Part shown: positions 44,055-53,875 of the stretch, piece by piece | How positions within the stretch are numbered: position 1 is the first letter of the stretch | Layout of the letters: each line of letters opens with the position of its first letter | Notes under the pieces: model-generated | The model's database searches: none | Seen by the model: only the letters and a program-made list of their open reading frames with translations | What the model was told of the DNA's origin: nothing | IMG/VR virus record: IMGVR_UViG_3300037312_000804 | Location: 206 to 64,205 of that record | DNA length: 64,000 nt | Reading direction: 5' to 3' (one strand) | Source of the DNA: a virus | Lineage: Duplodnaviria > Caudoviricetes | Program-made: the position numbers and the translations under genes

Positions 44055-44284
44055 ACACGGCCGACTACTTCATCGCCTATGCCTGCATGGGCCTGGCGTA
44101 TTCGCTGCCCAAGGCGTACGGCTTTCTTGAATTCCTGAGCCGTGAGCCGGGCTGGCACGAAGAAATCCCCGGCCCGGCATGGGTCGTGTCGTTCGTCGCT
44201 GCGACGATCATCATGGGCGGCACGCTGACGCTGGCCGCAACGTGGCCATTCTGGTTGGTCAAAAGCTTTTTCCGTAGGAGGTAG
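44051..44284 (+). CDS. Membrane protein
   Basis: Two hydrophobic segments; TWPFW. Confidence 0.65.
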   Translation: MNTADYFIAYACMGLAYSLPKAYGFLEFLSREPGWHEEIPGPAWVVSFVAATIIMGGTLTLAATWPFWLVKSFFRRR

Positions 44285-44285
44285 C

Positions 44286-44861
44286 ATGGCAGGTAACAAG
44301 CGCCCGAGTCGCAAGAAGACGCCGAAGGGCATCGGCACGCCGCAGCGCATGGTCGAGCGCATGGAAACGGGCCTCGTCGAGCGCGCCAAGCGCAACCAGG
44401 ACCGGCGCGACCGCAACCTGCGCCTAACGCGGTTGCCGCTCGGGCATCCGACAAACCGCCACGTGCTGGACTGGACATTCGGGCCGCTTGATCGGATGTT
44501 CGCCGAGCACGAGAAGACCGGCGGCCACCTGTTCAGCGACGACGGCGTCGCGGTCATGTGGGTTGAGCGCGACCAGTGCTACACGCCCATCGTCGAAGCC
44601 TGCATGCAGTTGCACCAGCAGTTCGAATACACGGCCGCCGAGCGCGGCTGGGGCGACGTACCGCCTGGCCTGCTGGCCTACGGCGCCAAGCTGGCACGCG
44701 GCGTGCTGCTGGACATGCAGGACCTGGCCGATGCGCGCGAGACGGTGCAATGGATGCGCGACCATCTGTCCGAGATCACGTGCTGGGACTGGTACAACTC
44801 GATGAACCGCATGGAAGCGGAAGAGAAGGCGCAGGCAGGTGCAGTGGAGCAGGCAGCATGA
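44286..44861 (+). CDS. Hypothetical protein
   Basis: SD GGAGG; good codon pattern. Confidence 0.7.
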   Translation: MAGNKRPSRKKTPKGIGTPQRMVERMETGLVERAKRNQDRRDRNLRLTRLPLGHPTNRHVLDWTFGPLDRMFAEHEKTGGHLFSDDGVAVMWVERDQCYTPIVEACMQLHQQFEYTAAERGWGDVPPGLLAYGAKLARGVLLDMQDLADARETVQWMRDHLSEITCWDWYNSMNRMEAEEKAQAGAVEQAA

Positions 44862-45241
44862 GCCGCGCCGGTCCGAACACCATCGCCGCCAATGTGCTGC
44901 AGTACGTCACCGAGCACCCGCGCTGCCTCAAGTCGGAGATCATGCGCGACCTCGGCATCATCCGCAACACGGCCAGCGGCACACTGAACCGCCTGCGCGC
45001 GTCCGGCCATGTGCGCTGCATCCACGATAAGGTCGACGTCGACGGCAAGGCATTCCCGGTCACGCGCTGGGAAATCGGCACCGATCCGGAAGTCGTCATC
45101 AAGGAAAGCACCGAAGGCGTGCCGCGGCGCCGCTTCCTCAAGGAGTGGACCGGCCACGTGGAAGCCGACCAGTTGTTCACGCTGTTTTTCAATAAGCACA
45201 ACAAGGAGAGCACCCAAGATGAAACCGCATATGCATTGTGA
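44858..45241 (+). CDS. Winged-HTH protein
   Basis: VLQYVTEHP...EIMRDLGI.RNTASGTLNRLRASGHV. Confidence 0.7.
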   Translation: MSRAGPNTIAANVLQYVTEHPRCLKSEIMRDLGIIRNTASGTLNRLRASGHVRCIHDKVDVDGKAFPVTRWEIGTDPEVVIKESTEGVPRRRFLKEWTGHVEADQLFTLFFNKHNKESTQDETAYAL

Positions 45242-45701
45242 AGCGATCAAGGCGTGGGCCGATGGTGCGCGCATTCAGTGGCGTGAAGGTGGAGCATGGT
45301 ACGACTGCATCCACGTGCCCGAGTGGAGTATTAATCGGGAATACCGGGTAAAACCTGAGCCGGTGAAGCAATATCCGGTAACGGGGATGACGAACGACGA
45401 ACTGCACCGCGCCGGCTGCTTAGGTATCGGCGATGGTTTCAATGTGAGAATCGCCAACGCCGCCCTGCGCCACGCCTGCGACCACGGCCAGGTCGTGCGC
45501 CGTGATGAATTCGACCGCGCCGTTGGCGAGCGCAAGACGCGCGACGCCGCCATTGCCGATGCAGTCATGCAGGAAGCCGCGAGCATCGTCGAAAGCATGG
45601 CGGCAGGGCTGAATGTCACGCTGGCCGACATGCTCGCCGTCGCAGCCGAGAAGGTGCGCAGCACGGCCGTTGCCGACATCATCAAACGGGCCGCGCCATG
45701 A
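45219..45701 (+). CDS. Modular hypothetical protein
   Basis: H.E.IKAWADGA.IQ...EYRVKP module plus KQYPVTGM...ANAALRHA module. Confidence 0.72.
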   Translation: MKPHMHCEAIKAWADGARIQWREGGAWYDCIHVPEWSINREYRVKPEPVKQYPVTGMTNDELHRAGCLGIGDGFNVRIANAALRHACDHGQVVRRDEFDRAVGERKTRDAAIADAVMQEAASIVESMAAGLNVTLADMLAVAAEKVRSTAVADIIKRAAP

Positions 45702-46276
45702 GCCGCCGTTTCGGACGCAACCAGAAGCGGCGCATGCGCGAGCAGATCGCGGAAGCAGAATTTCGCGCCCAGTCCGGCGAGCAGCGCGCCGCCGCCGCGC
45801 AGAATCATGCCGACATGCTGCGCACGATGCTGGACCTGGAGCGCGGGCTGATGCGCGAAACGAACGACAAGTTGCAGACCTACAAGCGCTTCTTCGTCGA
45901 CGTCGCGCATAAGGTCGGGGCCTATGCGACCATCGCCGGGGTGGCACCGAAACGCATGGGTGAAGTCATGTTCGGACCGACGTTCCGCTGGCCAGTGCGC
46001 CAAAAGATGGATTTCGACCCGGCGCGCTTCGACAGCATGAGCATGGCATCTGCGGTGGCCATCCACGACGAATTGATGGAAGTACTGAGCGTCACTGCCG
46101 TGCATGACCACTTCGCCAACCAGATGCACATGCGCGTCGCGATGGCCGACAAGTGCATGGGATATTCGATATCACGCAGCGCCTTGACCAAGATGAGCGC
46201 GCTGCAACTCGCAGACCAGATTGGACCTGAAATCACGCGAGCACTGGTTGAGGCGATCAAGGGGGAGCGACGATGA
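45698..46276 (+). CDS. Hypothetical protein
   Basis: MSRRFGRNQKRRMRE conserved phage start. Confidence 0.72.
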   Translation: MSRRFGRNQKRRMREQIAEAEFRAQSGEQRAAAAQNHADMLRTMLDLERGLMRETNDKLQTYKRFFVDVAHKVGAYATIAGVAPKRMGEVMFGPTFRWPVRQKMDFDPARFDSMSMASAVAIHDELMEVLSVTAVHDHFANQMHMRVAMADKCMGYSISRSALTKMSALQLADQIGPEITRALVEAIKGERR

Positions 46277-46416
46277 AATCCCCGCACTGCTGCAACCAGA
46301 ACTGCAACCAGGGCGCCGACTGCCCGAACCGCCGCGCCGCGCCGCCGACCGCGCGCGAATGGGCCTTCGTCGTGATCCTGTTGGTTTTCGGGCTCGTGCT
46401 CTCTTGCCTGCGATAA
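46273..46416 (+). CDS. Small Cys-rich membrane peptide
   Basis: CCNQNCNQGADCP plus C-terminal TM. Confidence 0.6.
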   Translation: MKSPHCCNQNCNQGADCPNRRAAPPTAREWAFVVILLVFGLVLSCLR

Positions 46417-46551
46417 AAAGTTGTTGACTGGAATCATCGCTGAATGGAGAATCGAATCAGCAACTGGAAAACGTTGTGAGGGCGCAGCGGGTGGACGTTC
46501 ATCCCCCGATGGGCATGGCTGGTGACACGGACCATGCAGAGGTAACGCGGT

Positions 46552-46594
46552 AAAAGAAAAGGCCACGGCTTGCATGTCCGTGGCCTTTTCCTTT
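46552..46594. terminator. Bidirectional terminator at the convergence point
   Basis: AAAAGGCCACGG-loop-CCGTGGCCTTTT. Confidence 0.85.
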
Positions 46595-46605
46595 TGCGGC
46601 TTCGA

Positions 46606-46860
46606 TTACTTGCAGTCTTTTTTACCCTTTTCGCACTTCGCCGACGGCGTAGCACGCGGGACCACAATCACGGGCGTTACGACGGGACGTGGCGCTGGGG
46701 TGACGCGCGCTGCAACCGGCGCCGGACGGGCCGCGACAACCGGATGCGCAACGGATGCAGGATGAGCGGATACGGCGACGGCATGCGCGCCAACAGCGAT
46801 TGCTTGCGCGGCGCCGGAAAAAGCGAGCATCAGGGCGATAGACAGGATGCGATATTTCAT
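46606..46860 (-). CDS. Small exported Ala/Val/Pro-rich peptide (moron)
   Basis: Signal peptide MKYRILSIALMLAFSGAAQA; SD AAGGAG; C-terminal KCEKGKKDCK. Confidence 0.7.
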   Translation of the reverse strand: MKYRILSIALMLAFSGAAQAIAVGAHAVAVSAHPASVAHPVVAARPAPVAARVTPAPRPVVTPVIVVPRATPSAKCEKGKKDCK

Positions 46861-46876
46861 GGGTATTTCTCCTTGA

Positions 46877-47185
46877 TTAAACGGGATGATGCGCTACGTC
46901 TTCTTTCTGCACAGCCAAGCGCGCGAGCACCGGATACCCCAGCGCCTGCTTCATGTCGCGGATGCTGCAGCCCGTCACCTCGTTCAGCGCGATCAGGATC
47001 GTGGCGCCGATCGGCAGCCAGCCGTTGCGCAGCTTGCTGATCACGGGCGGGCTCATCTCGACCAGCCGCGACAGGTGCGCATCGTTCTTGATGCCGGCAT
47101 CCAGCATCAACTGGTTAAGCAACGCGCCTTGCTTTTCCGCCAGCACCGCGCGCGCCTGCGCATCGTCGGCTTTCTTCTGTTCCAT
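46877..47185 (-). CDS. Xre-like HTH protein of Oxalobacteraceae type
   Basis: KNDAHLSRLVEMSPPVISKLRNGWLPIGATILI...SIRDM; SD AAGGAG. Confidence 0.75.
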   Translation of the reverse strand: MEQKKADDAQARAVLAEKQGALLNQLMLDAGIKNDAHLSRLVEMSPPVISKLRNGWLPIGATILIALNEVTGCSIRDMKQALGYPVLARLAVQKEDVAHHPV

Positions 47186-47259
47186 CGGGCTCTCCTTTGT
47201 AGTTTCGGATTGGAATGTTACCGATGGGAATGATAGCGCAATTAATGTCTTGTGGAAAT

Positions 47260-47289
47260 AAAAAAGCCCCGGCATTTGACTGCCGGGGC
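47260..47289 (-). terminator. Terminator ending the late accessory block
   Basis: GCCCCGGCA-GTCAAA-TGCCGGGGC-TTTTTT. Confidence 0.85.
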
Positions 47290-47324
47290 AAGGCCGCGCG
47301 AACGCGGCACAGGAGAACACCGGG

Positions 47325-47570
47325 TTATAGGTAGATGCGGTTATCTCGGCTGCCCAGCACGATGCAGCGCGCGCGCGGCGCCGGCACGAACGGGGTATCG
47401 GTGGCTGCGGCCGGGTGCGCCAGCGACAGCGCGCCGAGCGTCGAACGGATCACGACCGGCCCGTCCACCGTCAGTTCGATGACGTTGGCGTCGGGCTGCT
47501 CGACGTAGAACTGCGGACCATAGATTGCATGGCCGGCGGCAGTTTTCTGCGGGGAGAAGATGCGGTCCAT
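47325..47570 (-). CDS. Hypothetical protein
   Basis: Last gene of the block, coupled to the upstream stop. Confidence 0.6.
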   Translation of the reverse strand: MDRIFSPQKTAAGHAIYGPQFYVEQPDANVIELTVDGPVVIRSTLGALSLAHPAAATDTPFVPAPRARCIVLGSRDNRIYL

Positions 47571-47572
47571 GA

Positions 47573-49756
47573 TTACGCCACCACCAGCGGGCCACTGAAC
47601 GCGTTATGCAGGACTGCCGGATTACCCCCGCTGTCCGTGACGATCAGCCAGCCGATGGCGCCCGCGGCCAGTTTCGAGTTCGGCAGTGCGATCGTGAGCG
47701 TGCCGACGGCGTCCGTCGTCTCGAGCGTGCCCTTGTCGGTCGGTGATGCAAACAGGTCCGGCGTGGCCTGATCGAACCACGCCCAGCGCAGGCTGGACAG
47801 GTTGGCGGCCGGCGCGTCGGACGGGTTGAACAGCACCAGCGTGACCGTGCGCGCGCCCGGCGTCGGCCCGCCGCTCGATGCGGGTAACGTCGTGTCCTGC
47901 GCCGTCAGTTCATTGGACCGATTGCTGGCAGGATCGAGTGCGCGCACGCGCAGTTTATAGAGCGTGCTGGCTGTCAGGCCGTTGAGTTGCCTGGACAGGA
48001 CATTTCCGACGTCGATCCAGGTGGCGCCGTCGTCCTGGCTGAACTCGTACGACACCACACCGATGTTGTCCGTGCCGGCGCTCCACTGCGCCAGCATGCT
48101 CGTGGCGGTGACGTTGCTGATACTCATCGTGCCCGGCATCGAGGGGGCCGTCGTGTCGGCCGTGGACTGCGCCGGCGCGTCCGGGTTGCCGCTGATGGCG
48201 TAGATCGTCACGGCCGACATGCCGCCGAACGGCAAGCTGGTGCCGTCCGCATTGGTGAAAGTCAGGGTTCCTGGGTCGTAGTTGCCGGGTGCAAGCGTCG
48301 CCGATGCCGTGAACGTGTTGGGCGTCACGCCGGTGTTGATCGTCAGCGCCGCCACCTGCTCCACTGCGCCGTTCGGGTTGCTCGCCGCTGGCGGTACGTC
48401 CAGAAAGCCCGACGTCGCGTTGCTGCAGGTGCCGTGCACGGTCAGGATCTGCCCGGCGATCGGATCTTGCACGACGGTCAGCGCCTTGCCGCCCTCGATC
48501 TCGAAGCCGCCGACCTCGTTGCTGGCCTGGACGTTGTAGGCCGAATTGGACAGCGTCGCCGTCACGCTGTACTTGCCGACCTTGCAGCCGTTGAAGTCGA
48601 TCGTAAAGGTGCCGGAACCGATCGTCATGTTGAGCGGTCCTTGCGCCACCGCGTTGTTGCCCGACAGGGCAATTGGCGTAATGCTGGCCTGCCCTCCGGT
48701 GACGGTGCCCGTAAAAGTGCCGGCAATCGTGGCCTTGTTGCCGACGATGGTGATGCTGGTGATCTTGCCCAGCGGCGCGGACAGCGCTTGCGGGTACTCC
48801 CACGCGCCGATATCGGCCGACGTGCCCATCTGGCGGTTGCCGTTGATTGTCACGGTATTGGTCGCGCCAGGCGCGGCACCGACGTCGATCAAGGGGGCGC
48901 CGGCTTTCAGGCGCAAATCCGATGTCGTGTTGACGAACACGTTGGCGGCGGCCACGTTCTGCAGGTGCCCGCTGCCGGCCACGGTCAGCGTGCCGTCGCT
49001 GGCGCAGTGGTCATACGCGCCATAGGTCGGTTGCATCGTGAAATCGGCGCCGAACACGGCAACGTTGCGGAATGTCTTACTGCCGATGTAGCCGCCGTAC
49101 GTGCCATAAAAACCATACTGACCACGCGCGAATCCAGGCAGGCGCACCACCGTGACATTCTCGATCAGCGCCGCGGTGTTGGTATAGCAGCGCCCGCCGT
49201 AGCTGTTGGCCGATTTCAGCACGATCAGGTTGTTGCGGAAGGTGCCGCCGTGGATCGAGGTGGCGAACGATGTCAGTACAGTCGGGTCGGTACGCGTATC
49301 CGTGCCCGAATACTCGATCAGGCAGTTCTGGACGACGGCAGTGGGATCGGTGACGGCGATGCCGGCGCAGGCATTGGTGCCGCCCGTGTCGATTTGCAAT
49401 CCCTCAACGGTCGTGTAGGGATTGCTATTCTGGATCATGGTCGCGCCATTGAGCGTGCCCTTGAAGCCGACGCCGTTGGCGATGTTGTAGCGCAGCGCAT
49501 TGGTCGCCACGTTCACGTTGTTCGCGAAACCGTGGCCGGCCGCCGGCCGAATCGTGATCGTGTGCGTGGCGTCGGTGTTCTTGCCGGACAGGTTCACCTG
49601 GGTGTTCTGCACGAACTCCGAGTCGTTATAAAACTCGAGCACGTACGATTTATCCGCTGCCACCAGATCGGCCGGGATCGCGGCCCATGCCAGCGGCAGG
49701 GTTGCATAATCCCGGCCGGTGCCCGCGCTGCCGACCTTGAGAGTCACAATTTGCAT
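47573..49756 (-). CDS. Beta-helix plus fibronectin-III domain protein (putative virion adhesin)
   Basis: GTGRDYATL..AW start, N/I/V-rich beta-helix, ADIGAWEY, DTTAPSMPG...W.A.TDNIGV..Y Fn3. Confidence 0.75.
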   Translation of the reverse strand: MQIVTLKVGSAGTGRDYATLPLAWAAIPADLVAADKSYVLEFYNDSEFVQNTQVNLSGKNTDATHTITIRPAAGHGFANNVNVATNALRYNIANGVGFKGTLNGATMIQNSNPYTTVEGLQIDTGGTNACAGIAVTDPTAVVQNCLIEYSGTDTRTDPTVLTSFATSIHGGTFRNNLIVLKSANSYGGRCYTNTAALIENVTVVRLPGFARGQYGFYGTYGGYIGSKTFRNVAVFGADFTMQPTYGAYDHCASDGTLTVAGSGHLQNVAAANVFVNTTSDLRLKAGAPLIDVGAAPGATNTVTINGNRQMGTSADIGAWEYPQALSAPLGKITSITIVGNKATIAGTFTGTVTGGQASITPIALSGNNAVAQGPLNMTIGSGTFTIDFNGCKVGKYSVTATLSNSAYNVQASNEVGGFEIEGGKALTVVQDPIAGQILTVHGTCSNATSGFLDVPPAASNPNGAVEQVAALTINTGVTPNTFTASATLAPGNYDPGTLTFTNADGTSLPFGGMSAVTIYAISGNPDAPAQSTADTTAPSMPGTMSISNVTATSMLAQWSAGTDNIGVVSYEFSQDDGATWIDVGNVLSRQLNGLTASTLYKLRVRALDPASNRSNELTAQDTTLPASSGGPTPGARTVTLVLFNPSDAPAANLSSLRWAWFDQATPDLFASPTDKGTLETTDAVGTLTIALPNSKLAAGAIGWLIVTDSGGNPAVLHNAFSGPLVVA

Positions 49757-49774
49757 GATGGTCCTTGTGGTTGA

Positions 49775-52588
49775 TCAGTTGGGGCCGACTTCGCTCGGCG
49801 GAAGCAGGGCGCCGTGCGACGGGAACAGGTAGGCCATCTTGTACGCCAGCCCGGCTACGCGCTTGGCCTGGTACTGGTCGTAATAGCCCTGCATCTTCGT
49901 GATGGCCGCATCCAGCCGCGGCGCCGGGTAATCCGGGAAATAATCGCGCCGCGCCTTCAGGTACTGCATGTACAGGTGGGCGCAGCCCGGGTGCTCCGCA
50001 GCGCGGTCATTCCACGTCACGAACCAGTTTTTATACTGACGCGTGGAGCCGTAGGTGGCTGCGTCGCCGACCGACGTGCTGGCCGGCAGGGTCGGCTGGT
50101 AGGTGTCGATCATCTGCTTTTGCGCCACCCAGTTGATCGGGACATCGGCGACGGTGTACTGGCTGATGTCGCTCTTTCCCGTCAGCGCCACCGGGTAGTA
50201 GCTGTCGCGGCCGTCCGTGTCGACCATGTAGTCGATGCAGAACAGGTCGAGGTTGCGCAGCATCATTTCCAGCACGGTCTTGCACTTGAACGAGCGCTGG
50301 CGCATGGCGGCCCACATGCCGAACTGGCGCATCAGCACGAGGACGTGCACCATGTACAGGCCGAGCGAACCGCCGACGGTCTGGTAATTGTTGCCAGACA
50401 CGGAGCAGCCGGTACCAAGGTTGCGAATGCAGGCCGAATACAGGGTCTGTGCGTTGTCGATGAAGGCCGGTTTGTAGATCAGGTCGTATATCAGTTCCAG
50501 TTCGATCTGCAGGCGCGCCTCTACTTCCTCTTTCGAGTAGCCGAGCGGGTGTTCGCTGGCGACCTTCCACTGCATGACGTAGGCCAGCATGCGCCAGGCG
50601 TGCACGCGGGTGCCGTAATAGGCGAGGGGGTTGGCGGTGGGCTTGGCGTCGCCCAGCGCGCTCATCCATTCCGTCTCGAAGTCGTGGCGCGCGGCGATGG
50701 CGTGCATGGGGCTGTTGAGCATGACGGCCCACCATGCAGCATTCGTATAGCTGTGCAGCGAATCGCGGTTCCAGCCCGAGTAATACAGGAAGCCTTCCGG
50801 ATCGTTGTGCGTCTTCCAGCGCCCTTTACCGTTGACGATGCCGCACGTGTCGATGGACACCTGCGGTCCGTTCGGTTGGCCCAGCGGCGCATAGGCCGTC
50901 TCGATGCCGTAGTAGGCGCCGACGAACAGGTCGGTGCCAGCCAGCACGTTCGCTTTCGGCATGGATTCGAACGTCTTGACGTTGCGAATCCAGTGGTTCG
51001 AATGGTTGAAATACGCCATGCCCCACGCGTCGATCATGTCGCGGATCGGGACGTTGCCTTCGGGCCGCAGCCAGTTCTGGTTCGACGCGTAGATGGCCAG
51101 GCACGACGGCGCCACCGAACGGTCGAAGCGCACGCCGCCCTTGCCGGTGATCCAGTCGTGGCCGCTCACGGAGCCGGGCTGGTACTTCCAGCCCATGGCG
51201 CGATAGTATGGGTAGTGATCGCGGTTGGTGAACAGGCCTGGATCTTTCGGGCGCGACTCGTAGGCGGTCAGGTAGGCATTGTCCAGCGCAGGGTCGGCCG
51301 CCAGCGGGTACGGTGGCAGTGCATACCAGTGCGCCATACTGTCGGCCTGGCCGAATTCGTAGGCAGCCTGCGGGAAGTAGGCGTTCGAACTGGGGCCGGC
51401 CTTGGCGGCGTAATCGCCGTCGTAGGCAAACGATTCGACGCCCGCGAAATATTTCTTGGCCTTCGACGACATGCGCGTGCGGATGTTTTGCCACGGCAGC
51501 ATCTGTGCGCAGTTGAAGCGCGGCATGGCCGGCTCGTTGACCGTCTGCACCTCGGACAGTTGCGGCGAATTGATCGGCAGCGTCGGCTTGTCGTTGAACG
51601 CTTTCCACTCGTGCGTGTAGAGCGGCGTGCGGCCCGGTGCGCCGCCGTTATAGCCCGCCGTCGTGTACAGGTTGATTTTGAAGGGCGGCAGGACGGTACG
51701 GTCGGCCGTGGCCGCGTTGGAGCAGTCGCCGTAGGTGACCGGCCAGGTCGAGCCGTCGACGACGGGGTATTGCGCGCGCACGAACGTGTCCATGTACGGG
51801 TAGGTGCTCCAGCGCCCATACGGCTTGAAGGACAGCAGCATCTGTTCCAGCGGCACGGTGCCGTCGATGCTGTTGTAGTTCGCCGCGATCATCAGCAAAC
51901 CGCCCAGTTCGAAGCGCCGCGGCGCGATCGGGCTGGTCCATTTGATGGTGTCATCCACCTGGTAGATGGCGACGTCGCCGATCTCGGCGGCCATCTCGGG
52001 GTTCTGGAACACCCAATCGTCCTGACGGGTAGAGGCGCTGAACGTGGCAATGCCGACCACGACCGGGTTCGCGGGATCGGTCCAGTCGACCAGTTCGATG
52101 ATGGTCGGCGTGGCCGAGCGGATCGTCGGCGCGGCAGGGCCGGTGCCGGACGCCAGCAGGCGCGGCGCCTTGGTGCCGGCGGCGGCCGAGAATGCGAACC
52201 CGACATTGCTGGCGCCGGTCGGGCTGGCGGGCAAGGTAAATTCCTTGCCCGATCCGGTCAGGCCCAGCGTGTAATCGATGGTGTGGCCGTTACCCTCCAG
52301 GCGCAGGATCGATGCACCGGTGGCAAGGTCGGCAGCCAGGCGCACGGTGGTGTTGCTGGCGATGCCGAACCCCGTGATGTTGCCGGCCGTGATCGTCATG
52401 TCGCCAGTCACGCCCATGTTGAGAAATTCGGTCCCGGTGGCGGCGGGATCGACGGCGGCCGCATTCGCGTCGCGGAACGCGCGAATGCGGCGGCTGTTGC
52501 CGAGCGCGGACTTGACGGTGTTCGCCCATTGCAGCTTAGTCGTGCATGCGTCCAGTTGGGCCTTGAGAATAGTGCTGATCTTTGGCAT
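49775..52588 (-). CDS. Large hypothetical protein (937 aa), aromatic-rich, possible carbohydrate-active/structural
   Basis: Long clean ORF; no motif recognised. Confidence 0.75.
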   Translation of the reverse strand: MPKISTILKAQLDACTTKLQWANTVKSALGNSRRIRAFRDANAAAVDPAATGTEFLNMGVTGDMTITAGNITGFGIASNTTVRLAADLATGASILRLEGNGHTIDYTLGLTGSGKEFTLPASPTGASNVGFAFSAAAGTKAPRLLASGTGPAAPTIRSATPTIIELVDWTDPANPVVVGIATFSASTRQDDWVFQNPEMAAEIGDVAIYQVDDTIKWTSPIAPRRFELGGLLMIAANYNSIDGTVPLEQMLLSFKPYGRWSTYPYMDTFVRAQYPVVDGSTWPVTYGDCSNAATADRTVLPPFKINLYTTAGYNGGAPGRTPLYTHEWKAFNDKPTLPINSPQLSEVQTVNEPAMPRFNCAQMLPWQNIRTRMSSKAKKYFAGVESFAYDGDYAAKAGPSSNAYFPQAAYEFGQADSMAHWYALPPYPLAADPALDNAYLTAYESRPKDPGLFTNRDHYPYYRAMGWKYQPGSVSGHDWITGKGGVRFDRSVAPSCLAIYASNQNWLRPEGNVPIRDMIDAWGMAYFNHSNHWIRNVKTFESMPKANVLAGTDLFVGAYYGIETAYAPLGQPNGPQVSIDTCGIVNGKGRWKTHNDPEGFLYYSGWNRDSLHSYTNAAWWAVMLNSPMHAIAARHDFETEWMSALGDAKPTANPLAYYGTRVHAWRMLAYVMQWKVASEHPLGYSKEEVEARLQIELELIYDLIYKPAFIDNAQTLYSACIRNLGTGCSVSGNNYQTVGGSLGLYMVHVLVLMRQFGMWAAMRQRSFKCKTVLEMMLRNLDLFCIDYMVDTDGRDSYYPVALTGKSDISQYTVADVPINWVAQKQMIDTYQPTLPASTSVGDAATYGSTRQYKNWFVTWNDRAAEHPGCAHLYMQYLKARRDYFPDYPAPRLDAAITKMQGYYDQYQAKRVAGLAYKMAYLFPSHGALLPPSEVGPN

Positions 52589-52596
52589 GGCGATCT

Positions 52597-52974
52597 TTAT
52601 TCCGGCTGGGGGTTGATGTAGGTGATCGGCGGAATCTTGTAGCGGTTGCCGGTGAGGACGGCGACGCGGCTGGACTCGTTATTCACCAGCAGGATGCGGC
52701 CGGTGCTGTCGACCAGCGCGATGTGCAGCGGGGCGCCCGCGTCGATGGTGGCGCCAGCCACGCCCACCACGCCGTTGAAGATGACCTTGCGGCCGTCGGC
52801 CTCGTTGGCCAGCACGAAGTCAGTCGACGAGATCGGCACGTTCATGATCGCGCTGGCGATGGCCTGCGCGTACGTGGTGCTCTGCGAGAAATCCGGCAGC
52901 AGCAGCGCACGCGTGGCGCTGGCGCGCAGGTGCGCCGGGCCGTTGTCGAGCACATCTGGGTGGACGTATTTCAT
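52597..52974 (-). CDS. Hypothetical virion-associated protein
   Basis: MKYVHPDVLDNG start; beta-rich. Confidence 0.7.
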   Translation of the reverse strand: MKYVHPDVLDNGPAHLRASATRALLLPDFSQSTTYAQAIASAIMNVPISSTDFVLANEADGRKVIFNGVVGVAGATIDAGAPLHIALVDSTGRILLVNNESSRVAVLTGNRYKIPPITYINPQPE

Positions 52975-53384
52975 GCGGCACCTTTGATTTTTTCGACCGA
53001 GCGCATGGCGCCCAGCCCGAGCATGCCCATCAGGACCGTGCTCATTTCCGTGAAGTCGAACTGCGGCAGGGTGATAGGGTGGCCGATCCACTGGGCGACG
53101 ACGAACACCATCGGGCCGCCGAGGAATTTGAAGGCAAAGGCCAGCGCGCAACTCCAGCCCACGGCGGGGCGCCAGCCGGACACGAACAGCGACTGGTTCG
53201 CCGCCTCCACCTTGTTGACGTCGATCTGGCCGGTGGCCAGTTGGAGATCCGCATTCAGTTGCGCCAGTTCGCCAGCCTGCGCCATCTTGAGCATCTCGAG
53301 TTTCGCGTCGGCGGCCACCTTGGGGTCGGGCAGCACGCGGTCAAGCAGGTTGCTGAGCAGGGGGATGATAGCGGCAGGCCACAT
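52971..53384 (-). CDS. 3-TM holin (GTA_holin_3TM-like)
   Basis: IDVNK.EA...FVSGWRPAVGW...L.GMLGLG.MRS.EK.KG. Confidence 0.85.
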   Translation of the reverse strand: MWPAAIIPLLSNLLDRVLPDPKVAADAKLEMLKMAQAGELAQLNADLQLATGQIDVNKVEAANQSLFVSGWRPAVGWSCALAFAFKFLGGPMVFVVAQWIGHPITLPQFDFTEMSTVLMGMLGLGAMRSVEKIKGAA

Positions 53385-53386
53385 GA

Positions 53387-53872
53387 TCAGGCTCCGTTCG
53401 AAAGGTTGAAAGCGATGCGCCGCGCCCAGCCCTTGGCGTTCTGCGGCCAGTTGTTCAGGTTCGTCAGGTAGCCGATGCGCTTGCTGTTGAACAGCGCGAT
53501 GACCTTCCACTGGTCGCATGCACGGGCCGCCGCGACAGTCTTGGCGCCGATGATGCCGTCGGCCGTGACGCCGAGACATTCCTGCAACCACTTGATGGGG
53601 TATCCGCCGTTGTAGGCGGTGTCGAAAACCTGATAGGCCAGCAGGTCGGGGAGTTGGTCGCAGGAATACTTGTCCCAGTATTCTTTCTTGGCGATCTGGC
53701 GAGCAGTGTCGATGGGGAGATCGCGCATGTCGCCGGCATAGCCCCACGCGCGGGCGACGCGCTCGGTGACGCCGTATTTCGTGGCGCCGCCAGGGTCGGC
53801 TTGCTTGTCGCGGTCCGAGAATCCGCCTTCGATGATGGCGATGCTGGTGAATGCCTTGTCGAACGCGCTCAT
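53387..53872 (-). CDS. Endolysin, glycoside hydrolase family 108 with PG-binding domain
   Basis: EGGFS...DPGGATKYGVT...Y...YW...FDTAYNGG...LQ..LGV.ADG.IG.KT...KGW.RR. Confidence 0.93.
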   Translation of the reverse strand: MSAFDKAFTSIAIIEGGFSDRDKQADPGGATKYGVTERVARAWGYAGDMRDLPIDTARQIAKKEYWDKYSCDQLPDLLAYQVFDTAYNGGYPIKWLQECLGVTADGIIGAKTVAAARACDQWKVIALFNSKRIGYLTNLNNWPQNAKGWARRIAFNLSNGA

Positions 53873-53875
53873 GAT

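Noticed and set aside
46444-46479. 11-codon ORF MENRISNWKTL
   Set aside because: No SD and too short to support.
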